A stretch of 62,046 bases of DNA, counting the filler, from Dirinaria sp. TL-2023a (Eukaryota): the NCBI GenBank assembly GCA_051941275.1. It is 11 parts of 11 records of this genome, joined end to end, with 100 filler letters (N's around TTAATTAATTAA, not from the genome) between each part and the next. Parts side by side here need not be neighbours in the genome. Positions count along the whole stretch, not along the records: positions 11,334 to 16,890 come from JAVEBF010001636.1; positions 16,991 to 22,547 come from JAVEBF010001637.1; positions 22,648 to 28,202 come from JAVEBF010001638.1; 8 more parts are not named here. The stretch is one strand, 5' to 3'. Each line of letters opens with the position of its first letter. Position 1 is the first letter of the stretch. The position numbers were made by a program, and so were the translations under genes. The notes below the pieces were generated by a model that saw nothing but the letters and a program-made list of their open reading frames with translations, was not told where the DNA came from and ran no database searches. This document shows, piece by piece, positions 12,494 through 26,945 of the stretch.

Positions 12494-13877
12494 CTAAGCT
12501 GAGGTCTGTCGTAATGGGGTTGGATGACGGGTACCTGTAGTACCCCGGCGGTTGAGGACATGATCGACAAGCCGTTTTGGGCCCACGTATTCCATGTTCA
12601 CCTGCAGCGGTGACTTCATCACTGTGGGGTTGCTCTTCTGAACACCCTTTTTCTGATGCCAGCGACTCTTGATACAGTCGTCTACAAGGGCAATTAACCC
12701 TGTGGCAATGATGACCCTGACAGAATCAGTACAAGGGACTCGATTTTATTCACCCTAGGACTTACTCGGCAACATCTGACAACCGTTCGTGCACAATCCG
12801 ATCGTCGCTGATGTATATTGAGCACGGGGGAACCCAGCCGCCCTTGGCAGCTTCTTGTCGAGCTTCAGCGGCAGTCATTAAGTCAGGCATAATATGAGCG
12901 ACTTTGGAGCCCGTCCGAATATCCTCCAGATGGTAAGATATTTGCACCTGACCAGCGGACTTGGTCACAATCCGTTTCCAAGCGTAATCGGTGCCCCAGT
13001 ACTCAAATTCGTACCGTTTGGACTTACTTGCCCCTCGTCGTTTAACGTCGATATGAGCGTAATTTGAGAATTCGAGATGGGTGGTGTTGGTGGGGAGAGG
13101 TATACTACTAGCGCTCTTGGGCGGTGGTTTAACATCTTCCATATCCAAATCCTCCTCCGACAAGGAGCCGTAACCAGAATCGTGCCTCTTCAGACTTTCC
13201 AAGGTAGCTGTCTTTGACTCGGACTTGCCTCGCAATGTCGATAGAGCGCTGCTCATAGAGCGTTGAAGCATCGGCCGTCTTGATGCTGGCTTGGTGTATT
13301 TTCGGCTAGAGTGGCAGACTTCCCGCCCTGACTCACGACAATACCGACGCAACGAAAACTCGCGGTTTTTGAGATCATGCATACGTAGATGGAATAAAGT
13401 CAAATCGACCCTTTTGCCTTTCCGGCAAGTGTCCGTGTAAACCTGGAGATTTTTGTTCCCGTCCGAAGTTGAGTCGTCATGCCTCACGAAGAGCCTTCGG
13501 TTGGTGGGGAACAAGTGCGCAAAGTCTTCCGAAGAGGAAGGGATAACATGCGGTCCTTCAAGGTAGGGTACGTCATAGGTTTCCTGGTATTCCGGAGCCT
13601 CATCTCCAACAAAGTCCTCGTCTGAGGGAAGAGTCGAGGCATATGTGCCCACAGAAGCAGCATCATCGATATCTTCCTCGTACGAGGAATATCCCCATGG
13701 TTCCTCTGTGTACGGTCCGTCCAAGTATGGCTGAGCTACGAAATCGAAGTGCTTTTGGTAGGGTGTATCGCTGTGTTCGGTGGGAGCAGTGCTGTGCGAG
13801 CGAGCGGAGGTGTCACTGTGGCCGGACTCGGAGCTAGTGTCACTCCTTGTCCATCGTCGAGTGGTTATTGAAGCCAT
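12494..13877 (-). CDS. Fungal hypothetical protein, 2 exons
   Basis: A 371-aa first exon (acidic/Ser-rich N-terminus; LFVRHDDSTSDGNKNL, FSLRRYCRESGREVCHS, GGWVPPCS) is followed by a GTAAGT...CAG intron and exon 2 VIIATGLIALVDDCIK...YVGPKRLVDHV...RQTSA*. Confidence 0.8.
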
Positions 13878-16448
13878 TCACAGGGTTGGGTAGTACCGGA
13901 TGGGTTGAGATAGGGATGAGGGCGCAAAGGAAAAAGAGATATTTATTTCGATGGAGGTTACGGTTAAGGGTGAGCAAAGCTTGCGTAAGAATGTGAGCTG
14001 ACGGATCGGCGAGTCCGCTACTGCATTAAGTCCATTCTGGCGTATTCGGAAGCAGGCGATCGAGGCGTAGAGACGCTGGGGATGTTGGAAAAGATGGTTG
14101 GATATCAAAGATACCTTATTTTCGGGTGGGATTTTGAAAAAGGTAAGATATTCGAAGATGGGGGAGAAGATGAGAGGATGGCGAAGAGAGTTCGGGGAGG
14201 GGGCGAACGAGCAGTATCTGCCTGACAGCAAAGCGGGCGGGTGGATGACTAGAAGTAAAAAGGACGAAGGGGAATGGAAGTATTGGCGTGGCTGTCGGAT
14301 ACCAGCATCGGGCTAAGGTTGATTCGGCAAGGGCTGGATGTACCGGCAGGGGTTTATGGGCGATCAACAACTTGGATGACCTGTCATTGGTGATCGATAT
14401 TTCTGCAGTCCATCCCCCTGTCCCCCCATCCTGCCCGCTCAACCTACCTTCAGGTAAAGTCCGACTCCAGCACTCTCTCGACTGGCCACTGACGTTCGTT
14501 CTCCTACTCGCCGTCCCACCCGGGTGCCCGAGTCACATATTCTTCCGACTCCCAATAGAAAAAGTCCCACACACAGTACAATCCGCGGTCGACTCCGAAT
14601 AGTACCTCAAGGTAGCACATGACACTGCGTGACTTGCTGTTCCCATAGGAGAAATCCCCAACTAGAGGAGTGACGGCACAGACTACCTCTTGCATCAGGA
14701 AATAGATTATACTGGTCAGATGAAACCATGCGGGATCGCTTCCCCGCCCCCCGAACACGGACCATGTGCAACGCACGCGGTCACCGAGTCGCTTTTCACT
14801 CCGTATTCGCTGCGACTCGACAGTCGACACGTTGCGCCTCCAATTGCTTACTCAGAGGAGGAGGATGATTATTATTCTTATCGGAAGGCTTTCAATAATA
14901 ATAATAATCTCCTCCCAATTTTCAATTTTAATTACTGCTGTCCTTAACGGGCGTCGACTGATCATTGATATTGCCTTCCTCTCTCTTCCCGCAGAAGTAT
15001 GCGCCCGTGGCGTTCCCCCATATCACCGCTTTTCCACCACACTTTTTTTTTGGGCGCATCATGCGTGTGTCCAAAATTCCCTCTCTGCATAAGCTCTGAA
15101 TCTCAGGCGGTTGCAGCCGCAGCACCCAAATCCTTCGTTGCAATCCCCCACGGTCCAGCTGTCAGCCAATTACAAGTCTCATTTCCCCTCAAGGATAAAT
15201 TAACGACGCCGCTGCCTTCCTTTCAAATATGTGATTCCCAGTTGGCTGGATCCGGCACCTACGAGTGCCGGTCAACTCTCCACATCGGACAGCTTCTATT
15301 GATTGATCACCAACACCTCGTATTGTTCCTCTTCCAAACGGTCGTCCTTTGACATCGGTTTGAGTCTCGCAAGGCGACGAGTCATTGTTGTCCCTGCTCC
15401 TATGCACGCCTGGTCGCCTTGCCACAGCTGGCACGATCAGGTACAGTCTCACTTCCCTCATGGTGGGCGAGATTATCGGTCTCAACCTCCTGAGCTGCAC
15501 TGCGCACGAGGCACAAGGCTACTGACTCGTATGTTTGTTTACTCCGCACCACCTCGTCTCATCTGTGTGCCTGTTATCTCTGGAGACCCGAGTAGAGTGC
15601 GCTTACGCTGCGTCGTGTGGTTGCACCAACGCTTTTGGGCATGAAAGTTTGACGAGACAAAGCAGCTCCAATTCGGGGCAAGATTGACCTCGGTGAGGTT
15701 GTAGGTACAGTAATCAGTACCCAAATTGTCCCTCCCCTATACTTTAACAAAAGCGATCGAACCTCTCAAAACATGTTCTTGTGGGAAAGCGGTGAGCCAC
15801 GTGACGTGAGGCCTAGACCCAACTACGGTAGCGACAACCTGGAACGAGCCTCAGCCTCGTTCGTGTGCTGATGCACAACCAGCCTTGTCTCACCGCAATT
15901 GGGTCTTTTCACAACATGTTTGGATTAGGAACTGCAGCCACCGAACGCCCTGAAGGAGTCCGAACCCAATTCGTGTTACTGCAACGTTGGACCCTCGCCT
16001 AACGTCGCTCACCAATAAACTCAGCTGAGGGTAAAAGCCACAACCGTCTCCCTGGGTCACAATAATCGAATACTCCAATGTAAAGTCAACGATCTCATTG
16101 GAAAAGCTACCTTAGCCATATCTTGTCCATTTTCAGTGCCGGCGGGCTATGGGCTTGGCTTTCTGAAGCGGCGGTGACATTGGAATGACAGTTCAGCCAA
16201 ATTGATTTCCGTCTAATGAAAATGGTTCCCAAGGCAGCGACCAGGCGACCAATCATGGACTCTCAGCAATGGATGTTGACCGGATTTCCCAATGACCAGA
16301 TTGGTGCGATGCAATAAGGTAACGCTTGTTGCTAAGGTCAAATCATGGCTATCGGATACTATCTCCTCCACTTCTCAGCCATCTTCGCCGGTGCGAGATT
16401 TCTGTTCAGGTGGGTAACATGCCATTTCGTCAGGGGTTGTTATTATCC

Positions 16449-16660
16449 TTTTTGATCCTACCAAAAGACAGGCTCTCTTCATTTTGAGATGCTCAGAGGC
16501 GTCGTCTGAGATGCAATCCACATGGTAGACCTAAGAACCGATCGAGACACTGACATTTTTGATCCTACCACAAGATAAGGCCTTTTTTTTATGTGTATAT
16601 TTATTTTAATATGCCTAGAATTGCAGTCTGAAATCTAACCCACACGATAGACCTAAGAAG
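16449..16660. repeat. Degenerate tandem duplication of about 105 bp, running into (AAG)n and homopolymer low complexity
   Basis: TTTTTGATCCTACCA...GTCTGA...TAGACCTAAGAA occurs twice, starting near 16449 and 16556. Confidence 0.6.
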
Positions 16661-16990
16661 AAGAAGAAGAAGAAGAAGAGGGAAAAAAAGGAAGAAAGGA
16701 ACCCCCCCCCCAACAAAAAAAAACCAAAAAATCAAAAAAATCTAAACACCGCAAAAGCTCCATCTGCTCTCCGACCTAACCTCAGTTCCGCCCAGCATCA
16801 GCAACCCCCTTGTGCGATATATCAGAACATTACCAACCCCCCAACCCCCCTTAAAAACCAATAACACATCAATAAAGAATCCCCTCTCTCNNNNNNNNNN
16901 NNNNNNNNNNNNNNNNNNNNNNNNNNNNNNNNNNTTAATTAATTAANNNNNNNNNNNNNNNNNNNNNNNNNNNNNNNNNNNNNNNNNNNN

Positions 16991-17155
16991 TCTAGTCACT
17001 TGAATGGAACTATTCGAAGAGGTGTTGAAAGGCGCGGCTGATGCAGAATTCAAGCTATTGACCAAGGATATGGAAGGGCGACGAATGATAGCTGTGTAGC
17101 TAAGCGTATACAAAGAAAACAGCGCAACCAACAAAGACCACGGGAAAGAAGTCAT
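16991..17155 (-). CDS. N-terminus of a secreted protein, truncated by the gap
   Basis: MTSFPWSLLVALFSLYTLSYTA is signal-peptide-like, followed by an S/N-rich linker with N-glycosylation sequons. The frame stays open into the spacer. Confidence 0.5.
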
Positions 17156-18199
17156 GTTTAGAAGATGTGTACATCAGGCATTGGTAACACGAGGTGTGAA
17201 ATGCGATCAATGTCGAGGGTAGGCAAACCTTGCGCATAGGCGAAGCCTCAAAGCCGCCTGCCGCAGATATGCGCCCAAACCGCGCGCGACTTCAGTACGG
17301 TCAGACCGACAATTTACTAGGAGCTTAGGGTTGTGTTGACCAGATGTATAGGTCATCTTTGTCCCCACTCAATTTGGTCACTATTTCCTAAGCTGTAAGT
17401 GCAACCGCACTTCTTGGTTCGCCACTGCAAATGTCAATCAACCCTCCTAGGACCTGCTTTTTGGAAGTACAAGAGTACTCGCTAGAAGATGCCACCCCCG
17501 ATGGCCTTGCATTTTCAAGTTCATGCCGAATGTTAGTACATGATCCTTAAGGATCTCGGCCGAAATGTTGCCTTAGGCAAGTTAAATCCTTGCTCGGACG
17601 TATGATTAGTCAGTGAAGCACATTTGCGCTTCTGGAAGGAATTTTCTCAATCCCTGTTTGCTGAGATCTTGGAACAAATTATACACGTCAAAGTTTTTGG
17701 ATGAAGATGGAGCTTTTCCCATGATTCAGCCACGCTCGTGAGGTAATCTTACTAGGCCTAATAGAGCTAGCGTATAAACGCCCTCTTGACTATGAGCAAT
17801 CTACACGCCTCCAAGCATCTCGCTACCCATCTTATGTTGTAATTTTCATCCTCAAGTAAGGTATATCAAACTTCATAAGAACCTTAACATTGGTAAGATA
17901 GATACACCACGCCACAGCCTCGAATTTTACCAACTTACCAACAGCATCAAATTCCTACCTGACTGTCTATCTTACCTTAAAAATCTGCAAAGCTGTAAAA
18001 AACAGCCTCCTAACTGTAAAATTCCGCGCCACCATCTTCAACAAAACCATGAACGTGTTAAACATCATTGCTAAATAGCACAACGGCTTCGCAGTCGTTA
18101 TTTAGAGCAATCGATTTTCTATCTGGTATCTTACTGTAAATTAGACCTTGCGTAAGTAATCAGTCGCGAAAGGTCATTCATTATAATGTTTGACATGAC

Positions 18200-18613
18200 C
18201 CATTCTCGAGAGACTGATATCAAGACTTTTTGTCCTCTCCTCGCTCGAGCCTCCCGTCGTCCAACTTCTGTTTACTTTCGATGCACGGCGCAGATAATCG
18301 GGTATCAACCCATTTTTAGTGGAGCCGATACCGTTCAGTGAATGCGAGTCGATGAACGCTCAATGTTTCATACGATATATCCGTATTTTCGAGATTCGAG
18401 CAACCGGACAGCAAAGAATACGGTAGGTTTACACTGTTGCATATTCTTCGAATATCCTCTTGGTTGGGAAATCTCTTCAATTGAAAATTGGTAGAGAAGA
18501 AGGGGAAACATCCAGGTTCCATTCCCTTTTGCGTTTGTGATGTTTGGTGTGAAGGATGCTATTTTACACATGAACAAAGAGAGAAGCGAAAGAGTATGGA
18601 AAGAGCGATTCAT
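18200..18613 (-). pseudogene. Possible frameshifted remnant of a small secreted protein gene
   Basis: Signal-like start MNRSFHTLSLLSLFMCKIA in one frame; Cys-containing PGCFPFF...ICNSVNLPYSLLSGCS in an overlapping frame. No continuous ORF. Confidence 0.25.
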
Positions 18614-18810
18614 AAAAATTGATCAGTGAGCTAAAAGGTCAGGCAAGGAATAGAACCACCTGATCTTGCTAGATCATGGAACAGTCGGTCCATATGTCCC
18701 TGCAGGTGCATGTCATAAACATATTAAAAAAAAATCCTGTGATTCGAAAAGAAAGAACGAAAGAAAGCCCCCTCCAAGCTCGCTTACTCCTTGCCAAAAT
18801 ATCGGCAGAA

Positions 18811-20193
18811 CTAAGCTCCAATCTCCTCATAGACTAGCCCGCAGTTGCCGTCAAAGATGGTGATATCCCCTGCCTCATCTTGGGGCCCGGAAACGTAGTT
18901 CAACTGGACCTCCCGTTGGGTCGGGTCGCACGTACTGAATGGTTGAGTGTTGACGCAGACGCCGGTGTTTGAGTAGAAGAAACCACCTCCGCAGTTGTCG
19001 CTGGTAATACATTGGACGCAGCAGTCTGGATAAATTTGGAGAGGGATACGTTAGTGTAGCAGTAGTGGAGATGATGGAACGGTATGATAGATTGATCGAT
19101 CGAGTGATCATGGGGAATTATGGAAATAAAGCGAGGTTGGGGGCATTTCTGGGGGAAGAAGATGGAGGAACAACTAACCGTATGCTGAATCGGCGGTGCC
19201 GTATACTCCATCCCAATTTATGTCGTCGACAGCCAAACCATTATCGTTGATAGCACCGCCGGCGTTGGGAATGTTGTTTACAAGATTCTGAGAGTTGCAG
19301 GCGGCGTAGAATGTGGGACCCCGGGCGGTCGCGGTGGCAGTAATGGTCCCGGTGCTTGTGACCGTTATAGTCAATGGCACGGTCACAGTAGGAGACAGCG
19401 TGGTTGTCGTGACAATGGTGGTAGCAGCTCCACCTTGAACGATGGTTGATGTCACGGTCGAGGTTACTGTAGAGGTCTGCGGCACCACTGATGGCTTACC
19501 AGTGACCGTCGCTGTCTGGGTCGCTGTGATGGTCTTATGGTTTGTGGTGATTTCATCGACAAGGACGCCGCACGTAACACTTGCTTCATAGCTCTTGGTA
19601 GTTGGTGATCCCCCGCCGTTGCCGTTAGGATTCCGTGGGACTGGACGATTCCCGGCAAGAACATCTGCACGGTGTGCAGTTTTTGCAGCTCGCTTTTTAT
19701 TATCCGCGTTGAAGGGGTCGTATGTGTGTTCGGTGCTCGCCGCAATATCTGGAGCTGAGGATGCATAGATGAAGCCATCAGAGGTTGGCACCGTTACAGT
19801 TGATGTAGGAGTAACGGTCACATTGACGGTGCTCGTCGCAAACGCGGTGACCGTAGTGGGAGTCGTGATGGTCACTGGATTGATAACGGTTTGTGTAGAG
19901 GAGAGAGTTTGGACATTTGTCAAGGTCTTAGTCACTGTTTTGTAAGCAGTTATGGTGGCGGTTGTGGTAGTTGGCTTTGGTGTGACTGTAGATGTCGGAA
20001 TCACCTTTTCAACACATTGTACAGTTTGGTGGATAGTCGTGTATTCTGTTGTCGTTCCGACCGATTTGACGGGCGTTGTGGCATACCGGGTTGCGCATAC
20101 CTCAACAGTATAGTCTTTCACATCATTGCCCAAGACAGGAGAGAAAATAGATGTGAGAGCGATCGCCGCTCCGAGGATGGAGAAAGAATGCAT
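18811..20193 (-). CDS. Secreted Thr-rich (mucin-like) cell-surface protein with a Cys-rich C-terminal domain, 2 exons
   Basis: Signal peptide MHSFSILGAAIALTSIFSPVLG, two Thr/Val-rich blocks and a KKR dibasic site. After a GTTAGT...CTAAC...CAG intron, exon 2 reads DCCVQCITSDNCGGGFFYSNTGVC...TCDP...FDGNCGLVYEEIGA*. Confidence 0.85.
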
Positions 20194-23100
20194 CTGGAGT
20201 CGGAATAGAGAAAGTTGAAAGGGCAAGTTCATGTGGAGAGAACAATTGAAGTCATACGCCGCAGTGGATTATTTATGATACAGACTCACAACGGACTGAG
20301 CGAGATCCTAGCTCTCCTCGAGAGAGATTCCTAGCGATATCCATGTTTAGTTCGGAGGCCTACCTGAGAGGATTCAGTATTGTTGGATCGATGTTGGTCT
20401 CTGAGAGCCATAGAATCCAGACTAAGCAGATTTGTTTTGTCCAATTCAGATATGGTGGTTCTGTTAGCTCTCACAATTCGCTGCGATGGAAAGTTACCGT
20501 TGCGTGAACGGCCTGCATTGGTACACTACCTGGACACAAGTGCGCACACTACCTTGGCTTGAACTGTGAGTATTAGGTTTTGAGCGACACTAGTATCTAT
20601 TCCACTAGCAGTGGCTCAGCATAACGGATTGAGGTCGGAACAACACAACCTTGAGGGCAGACCAAAGGTCAGTCCGTCAGGGTATGAACACTGGGCACTC
20701 CATTTCAAGAGACGCCCACGTTGTATATGTTTCAATTAGGGCGGACTGTTTAAGAAAAGCTGCCCCGATTCGAGGCAGGCATCTATGTATGTGGAGAAAC
20801 GGTTTGAGATGCACGGTGGAGATGATTGATGAAGCTGAAGGTAGACCAAGATGGAGGCGACCTTTTCCCATGGAATCATCGACGCTCTCAAATGCACTCT
20901 CTGGAATCAGAGTTTAGAAACCACGGTATAACATAATGATAAATCGCATGGCCTTCAATGCAGGAACAGGAGTCTGGAAGCTGGTACTGGGTGAGGCTGA
21001 CCCACACCGTTGAAAGTTACTTCTTAGCCACAAACGCCGTTTGAAACGAGGCAAGGATTGTGGCCGTGCACACGGTTAGATCCGCGTCAGCAAAACGTCA
21101 TTCTTCATTTCTTGCATCCAGAACGGGCCGGAAATTAAACGACATCCCTGGCAGAAGCGGAGAAAAGACTTTAGCGTAGAGTCAATCGATCCCAGATATG
21201 CCCCTTTTTGGGGATGTCTAGCTTACCTTAGGAGAGCTTCAATTGCTCAAAGTAGCTTGGCCAGGGACAAGCGTGCATAATCAGCCTCGGTTTAACCTCG
21301 AGTCGTATGCCCTTTTCCCATGGCACATCCGCTCTTTGACTTTGCACCGTTTCCTACCTCTCCCTCATGTAAGGCATGTTTGTATAGCATACCAACGAGC
21401 AACTCAGTAGTAAATGTAGCCCCGATCCAAACGCTTAGCCGCTGACCAACAGCCCCCGCAGTCTCTTAAGGTTGACTGGGTTGAGCTAGCTAAAGCTACC
21501 CCGACGATCGCAATGAGTGTCGGGTGTGCAACGATGTGTGGGCGATTAGGAAACGGTATTGATAGAGAAAAAAGAACAAAAAAGTCGAAATCGGAACAAA
21601 AGGACAAGCGACCAAGCGCAAGTGGTGCGAGCGTGCGATACGCCTATGTGATATCTGAAGCTTTTTGGTCACGCGAGCCCGTGTGCTCCATTACTTCTAA
21701 GTGTCAGCTCTGTAAGCCGATTCAGCCAGTTCCTCGTCACTCGACTCTCGAGGACCTCGCCATCGTTAGCTATATTTCGCGGGAAAGTAGCAGCAAACCA
21801 AGTTCTCAATTGATTGGCTGAAAGCCAAATCTTGACACATCGCGTCCATATAGCAAGGGCCGCAAATAACAATACCCGGTTCATGACCCATTAGGGAGTT
21901 CCGAACTTCCGATGGACACGATCTTGGAGAGACGCTATCATTGCGACCGGTGGGAATATTGTTGGGCGGCCCGAAACACCACAGAGGGGAAATCCATGTC
22001 ACTGAATCGACAGTTGTCCATGGCACAACAAGCTCCACATAGCGGGCCGACCGAGTTTTGATTCAATGTCACCTGCGATCTCGCCTCCCCTCGACAACAC
22101 GTCGGGTTTCTGGCCTACAGATTTCTTGAAATGCCGCTACTCAAGTTCAGACCCAGCAATCTCACTTCGTAGTAAGGTTGAAAAGCTTGTGTGTTTAATA
22201 TGGTACCCGTGCTATATTGCTTCAGTGTGAAACGGAAATAGAAGCAGCTGACCAGGTTTCGCAATCCGCGGCTCAAAGCTCCACTCCGGGGACAGCAACC
22301 TCTCTATTAAGTCTCGCCGGGCCTCGGCACCAGCATGAACAAAACACTACGATCGATCCAAACATTTCAAGTTTAGTGTTAAGATTATGAGGGTGCAATC
22401 CAGAATAAGGTGCTAAGTACCCGGTGTGTGGGTGCCAAGCCGCTAGTGAAACGCGCTAAGCCTACTTGGTCAAACCATCCCCAACAACACCAGGTAGGTG
22501 GTTATTGCCCTTCTTAACACTCTGTATTAATGTATGACTAGAAGTCANNNNNNNNNNNNNNNNNNNNNNNNNNNNNNNNNNNNNNNNNNNNTTAATTAAT
22601 TAANNNNNNNNNNNNNNNNNNNNNNNNNNNNNNNNNNNNNNNNNNNNGAGTGAGCCATAGAGGGTGGCTGGCTGGTTTTCTGTTTAGCTACCTAGATGAT
22701 TTATTCTATGGAGTACGAAGCGAAGAGGCAAAATGTAACAACTGAGAGAGAAAGAGCGGTGGGGGCAAGTGTACACTGTGATCGAAGAGAAAAGAGGGTC
22801 TGTTTTTTATTTAATTGGTTGATATGGTTGTTTGGGGAAGACTGCAGGATCAGAGAAAATGGTTGGTACCAAGGTGCACGTTCTATGGGTAGAAGCAGGA
22901 TGCATTTTTCTTGGAACAAAAGCTCCAGCTAAAATACTAACTATTGATGATGACTAATTAAATGACGACACAGGGGGTCGCACCCCGCTCCTTCCACTTC
23001 AATCAGATTTAGAGATCCCTCTTCTGCAGGTTGCTCCCATTGGGTGAGGGAGTGCTCCGCCTTTTCCTGCCCGTTGCAGCGTTGCTCCAGGTAAAGCGAA

Positions 23101-23257
23101 GATCCCGAACCCATTCAGCCTCGCGCCCAAAAAGAAAGATTGCTAGAAAGTCTGACTATCACCCATACTACAAAATGATGAGAATATAAGACATTGTTAA
23201 CTCGATGTCCGAAATCAAGTAGTAACCTGCTTCATCTGAAATGTTTCTGAATAGACC

Positions 23258-24127
23258 ATGTGCACACAAATCGTTGAAGTATACACCACATGCCGATGCC
23301 CTTATTACACACATGCTGTCGATTATTGCCCCCTCTACCGCCGGCGCGGTCACTCAGTCACGGTCAAAATCGTTTCTGTTGGCTATCAATGCCAGAGCCA
23401 TTCATCTTCGAGTGTCTACCAGAGCGAGCACTTGATTCCTCGGCGCGGCCAAGCTTCGGACAGTCCGGCGACGGAACATCTTTCTCCCAGATTCCCTACC
23501 CATTCCACTCCGCAGTCTGGAAATAACAGCATTGAGGTAGTTGATGTGCAGGGTCCTCGCAGGGAGCAATATCATTACAATGCTGAAGATTTCAACGGGC
23601 TGCCGGTTCGTGATAGAGCCAGCGACCCAGAAACCGCGAACGATATTCGGTCAGCAGCTCTGTGCCTCCAAGAGCTACTCTATGTTCTGCAACCGAATTC
23701 TCTTAACCTGGACCGGTTCCCAAGCTTTGAACTGCTGCCTTTACAGTTACTCCCCAGGCAACAGATCAGTGGCCACGCGACGCAGTCTTCAACGTCGACC
23801 GGGGAAGGACATCATGCAATTTTAGCTCAAGAGCGTGAAGCCTCCCCGGCACCTTCCAACGGACCCACGACGCACCAATCCTTCCTGCGTGTCCGCCCAT
23901 GTTATCTGCTGCTCGCACTAGGCGTTCTGACCGTGGTCGGCAGTCTCGCTCCTGCGCTATGGCAAGCCAAATATCGGCATGATATGTCAGGAGGTTTCTC
24001 ATTGGCGCAGTATATCCTGGGGATCGGAGTCTTTGTCGTGGGAGGCGTGACGGCAATACATAGCAGAAGTTGCACGTGTTGGCAGAATCGGCGACCCAAA
24101 CATCTGGGCATCGACACAAATTGCTAG
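23258..24127 (+). CDS. Hypothetical protein: Cys/His-rich N-terminal motif and two C-terminal hydrophobic helices
   Basis: 289-aa ORF starting MCTQIVEVYTTCRCPYYTHAVDYC...GH...VGYQCQSH. Hydrophobic segments YLLLALGVLTVVGSLAPALW and FSLAQYILGIGVFVVGGVTAIH. Confidence 0.7.
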   Translation: MCTQIVEVYTTCRCPYYTHAVDYCPLYRRRGHSVTVKIVSVGYQCQSHSSSSVYQSEHLIPRRGQASDSPATEHLSPRFPTHSTPQSGNNSIEVVDVQGPRREQYHYNAEDFNGLPVRDRASDPETANDIRSAALCLQELLYVLQPNSLNLDRFPSFELLPLQLLPRQQISGHATQSSTSTGEGHHAILAQEREASPAPSNGPTTHQSFLRVRPCYLLLALGVLTVVGSLAPALWQAKYRHDMSGGFSLAQYILGIGVFVVGGVTAIHSRSCTCWQNRRPKHLGIDTNC

Positions 24128-25782
24128 CTTAGGATAGAAGAAGCAGCACACTATCCTCTGACTGATTTGAAGCGAATATATTTAGCAGTATTGGAAATAA
24201 GCATGGCAGTCGAGCAAGTAGAGAAAAAGCCCTCGAATGGAATGTGACAGCACTGTGGTGCCAAGAGAGCCATATGCACATCCGTCTTAGAGGACTACCT
24301 TAAGAACGAGGCTTACAGAGGTTAAAAACAGCACATATCCATCAGATACTTTCGATAGGAGAACGATGAAGGAACGCTCCCCTAACGCGCCGACGGCGAC
24401 GCATAGGATTAGTCGAATCAAGCGGGCCAGACTAATGGATATCAAAATTTAAACGAACAGAGAGCATCATTTCACTGAAATCAATGTTCCAGGCGCACCA
24501 GAAGTAGTGGACAGCGTTTTCCGGCACGACCGAAAGCCTACTCTGCAATAATAAGAAAGGATTCTCAACTTACGCACAAGCATCGCCACATGGCTAGGAA
24601 AGCTGAGGCCAAAGCCACAGCTGCGGCTCTATCTACCAACAGGATGTCGCTCACGCAGGAGGTGGTAGGGCTATCCAGTCAATCGAGAGGTCTGCATTTG
24701 CGCGCGTCTGGAAGCCCACGGGTTGCAACTTGCAACCAGGGGGCCTGCATAGCGATCAGGTCAATGGTGAATCCTTCGATGCTTTAGTGAGCCCGGTACA
24801 TAGCTCCGTATGCGCCGTGCATTGCTGGCAGGTGTTGGCGCTGGGGAAGGATTACGGAGTATTGGATTGTGAAAAAACACTCGAATGTGGCCCAAGCGAC
24901 CATCGGGCACAATTGGAAAAGTCTGCATTATTGTGCACTTGACTTATGCATCCTCTGCATCTTCTGCAGGTCTCGACCGAGTCTCGCGAGTCATTCTGAC
25001 GCCAAGCCCCAGGAAGCAGGGGGCATGCAGGCTTGCTTCATGCTTGCGGAGTTGCGGCCGCGGCGGTTTCTCGACACTTTCAAACTCGTGGTCGCGGCAG
25101 AAAGACAGGGACCCTGGATCTGGATTACTCGTAGTCTCGTAGTGTACCAAGATAAAACTATCCCTCCGGCTTTTTTGCTGAAAAATCTCCCTATTTTCTT
25201 CCCTTTTCATGCCAGAGTCCCCTTTCACCGGCCTGATTCCCCATTGACTTCACGCCGACGAGCTCTGCGGCCTCCTGGAGGCGTAAGTGGCAGGAGAGTA
25301 CGTCCTAGGCAGGCTGCAGCGAGGCAGGACTTGCTGAGCACCCGCTCAAAAGGACAGTAAGGTACGGTGGCCGAGGCGCTGCAACAAGGAGAAGGGTCAG
25401 TCTTGTAGCTCATATCAAGCTGCCCCAATCTGTCACTCGACTCGGAAACACAGTGTCTAATCGTGGATGATAACAGTAGATCTACCCTCAGAGAATACCT
25501 TACAGCTCTATTGAGCTAGCCGACCGCTCGTTATAAGATTCTTGAGGCCAGCCAGTGGCAACTGAAGTCTTGCTGCGCCGATTTTTCCTCTTAATTGCAG
25601 CTATTACAAACGCGTGGTCGAGGTAGATATCGCGACCGAGGTTACGCGCCCTTCTTATCTGCAATAACCCTGGGGGGCTTGGATATCCTGCTATCCCACA
25701 GCACAAGCCAAGTTCATCCGCCCACTTCACACAACGCGGGACAGTAAGATCAACATCTCGGGCTCCACTGTAAGCAGTCAAG

Positions 25783-26945
<1,163 letters not shown>

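Noticed and set aside
17325..17335. TTAGGGTTG as a telomere seed or telomerase RNA template
   Set aside because: Single chance-length match with no supporting structure.
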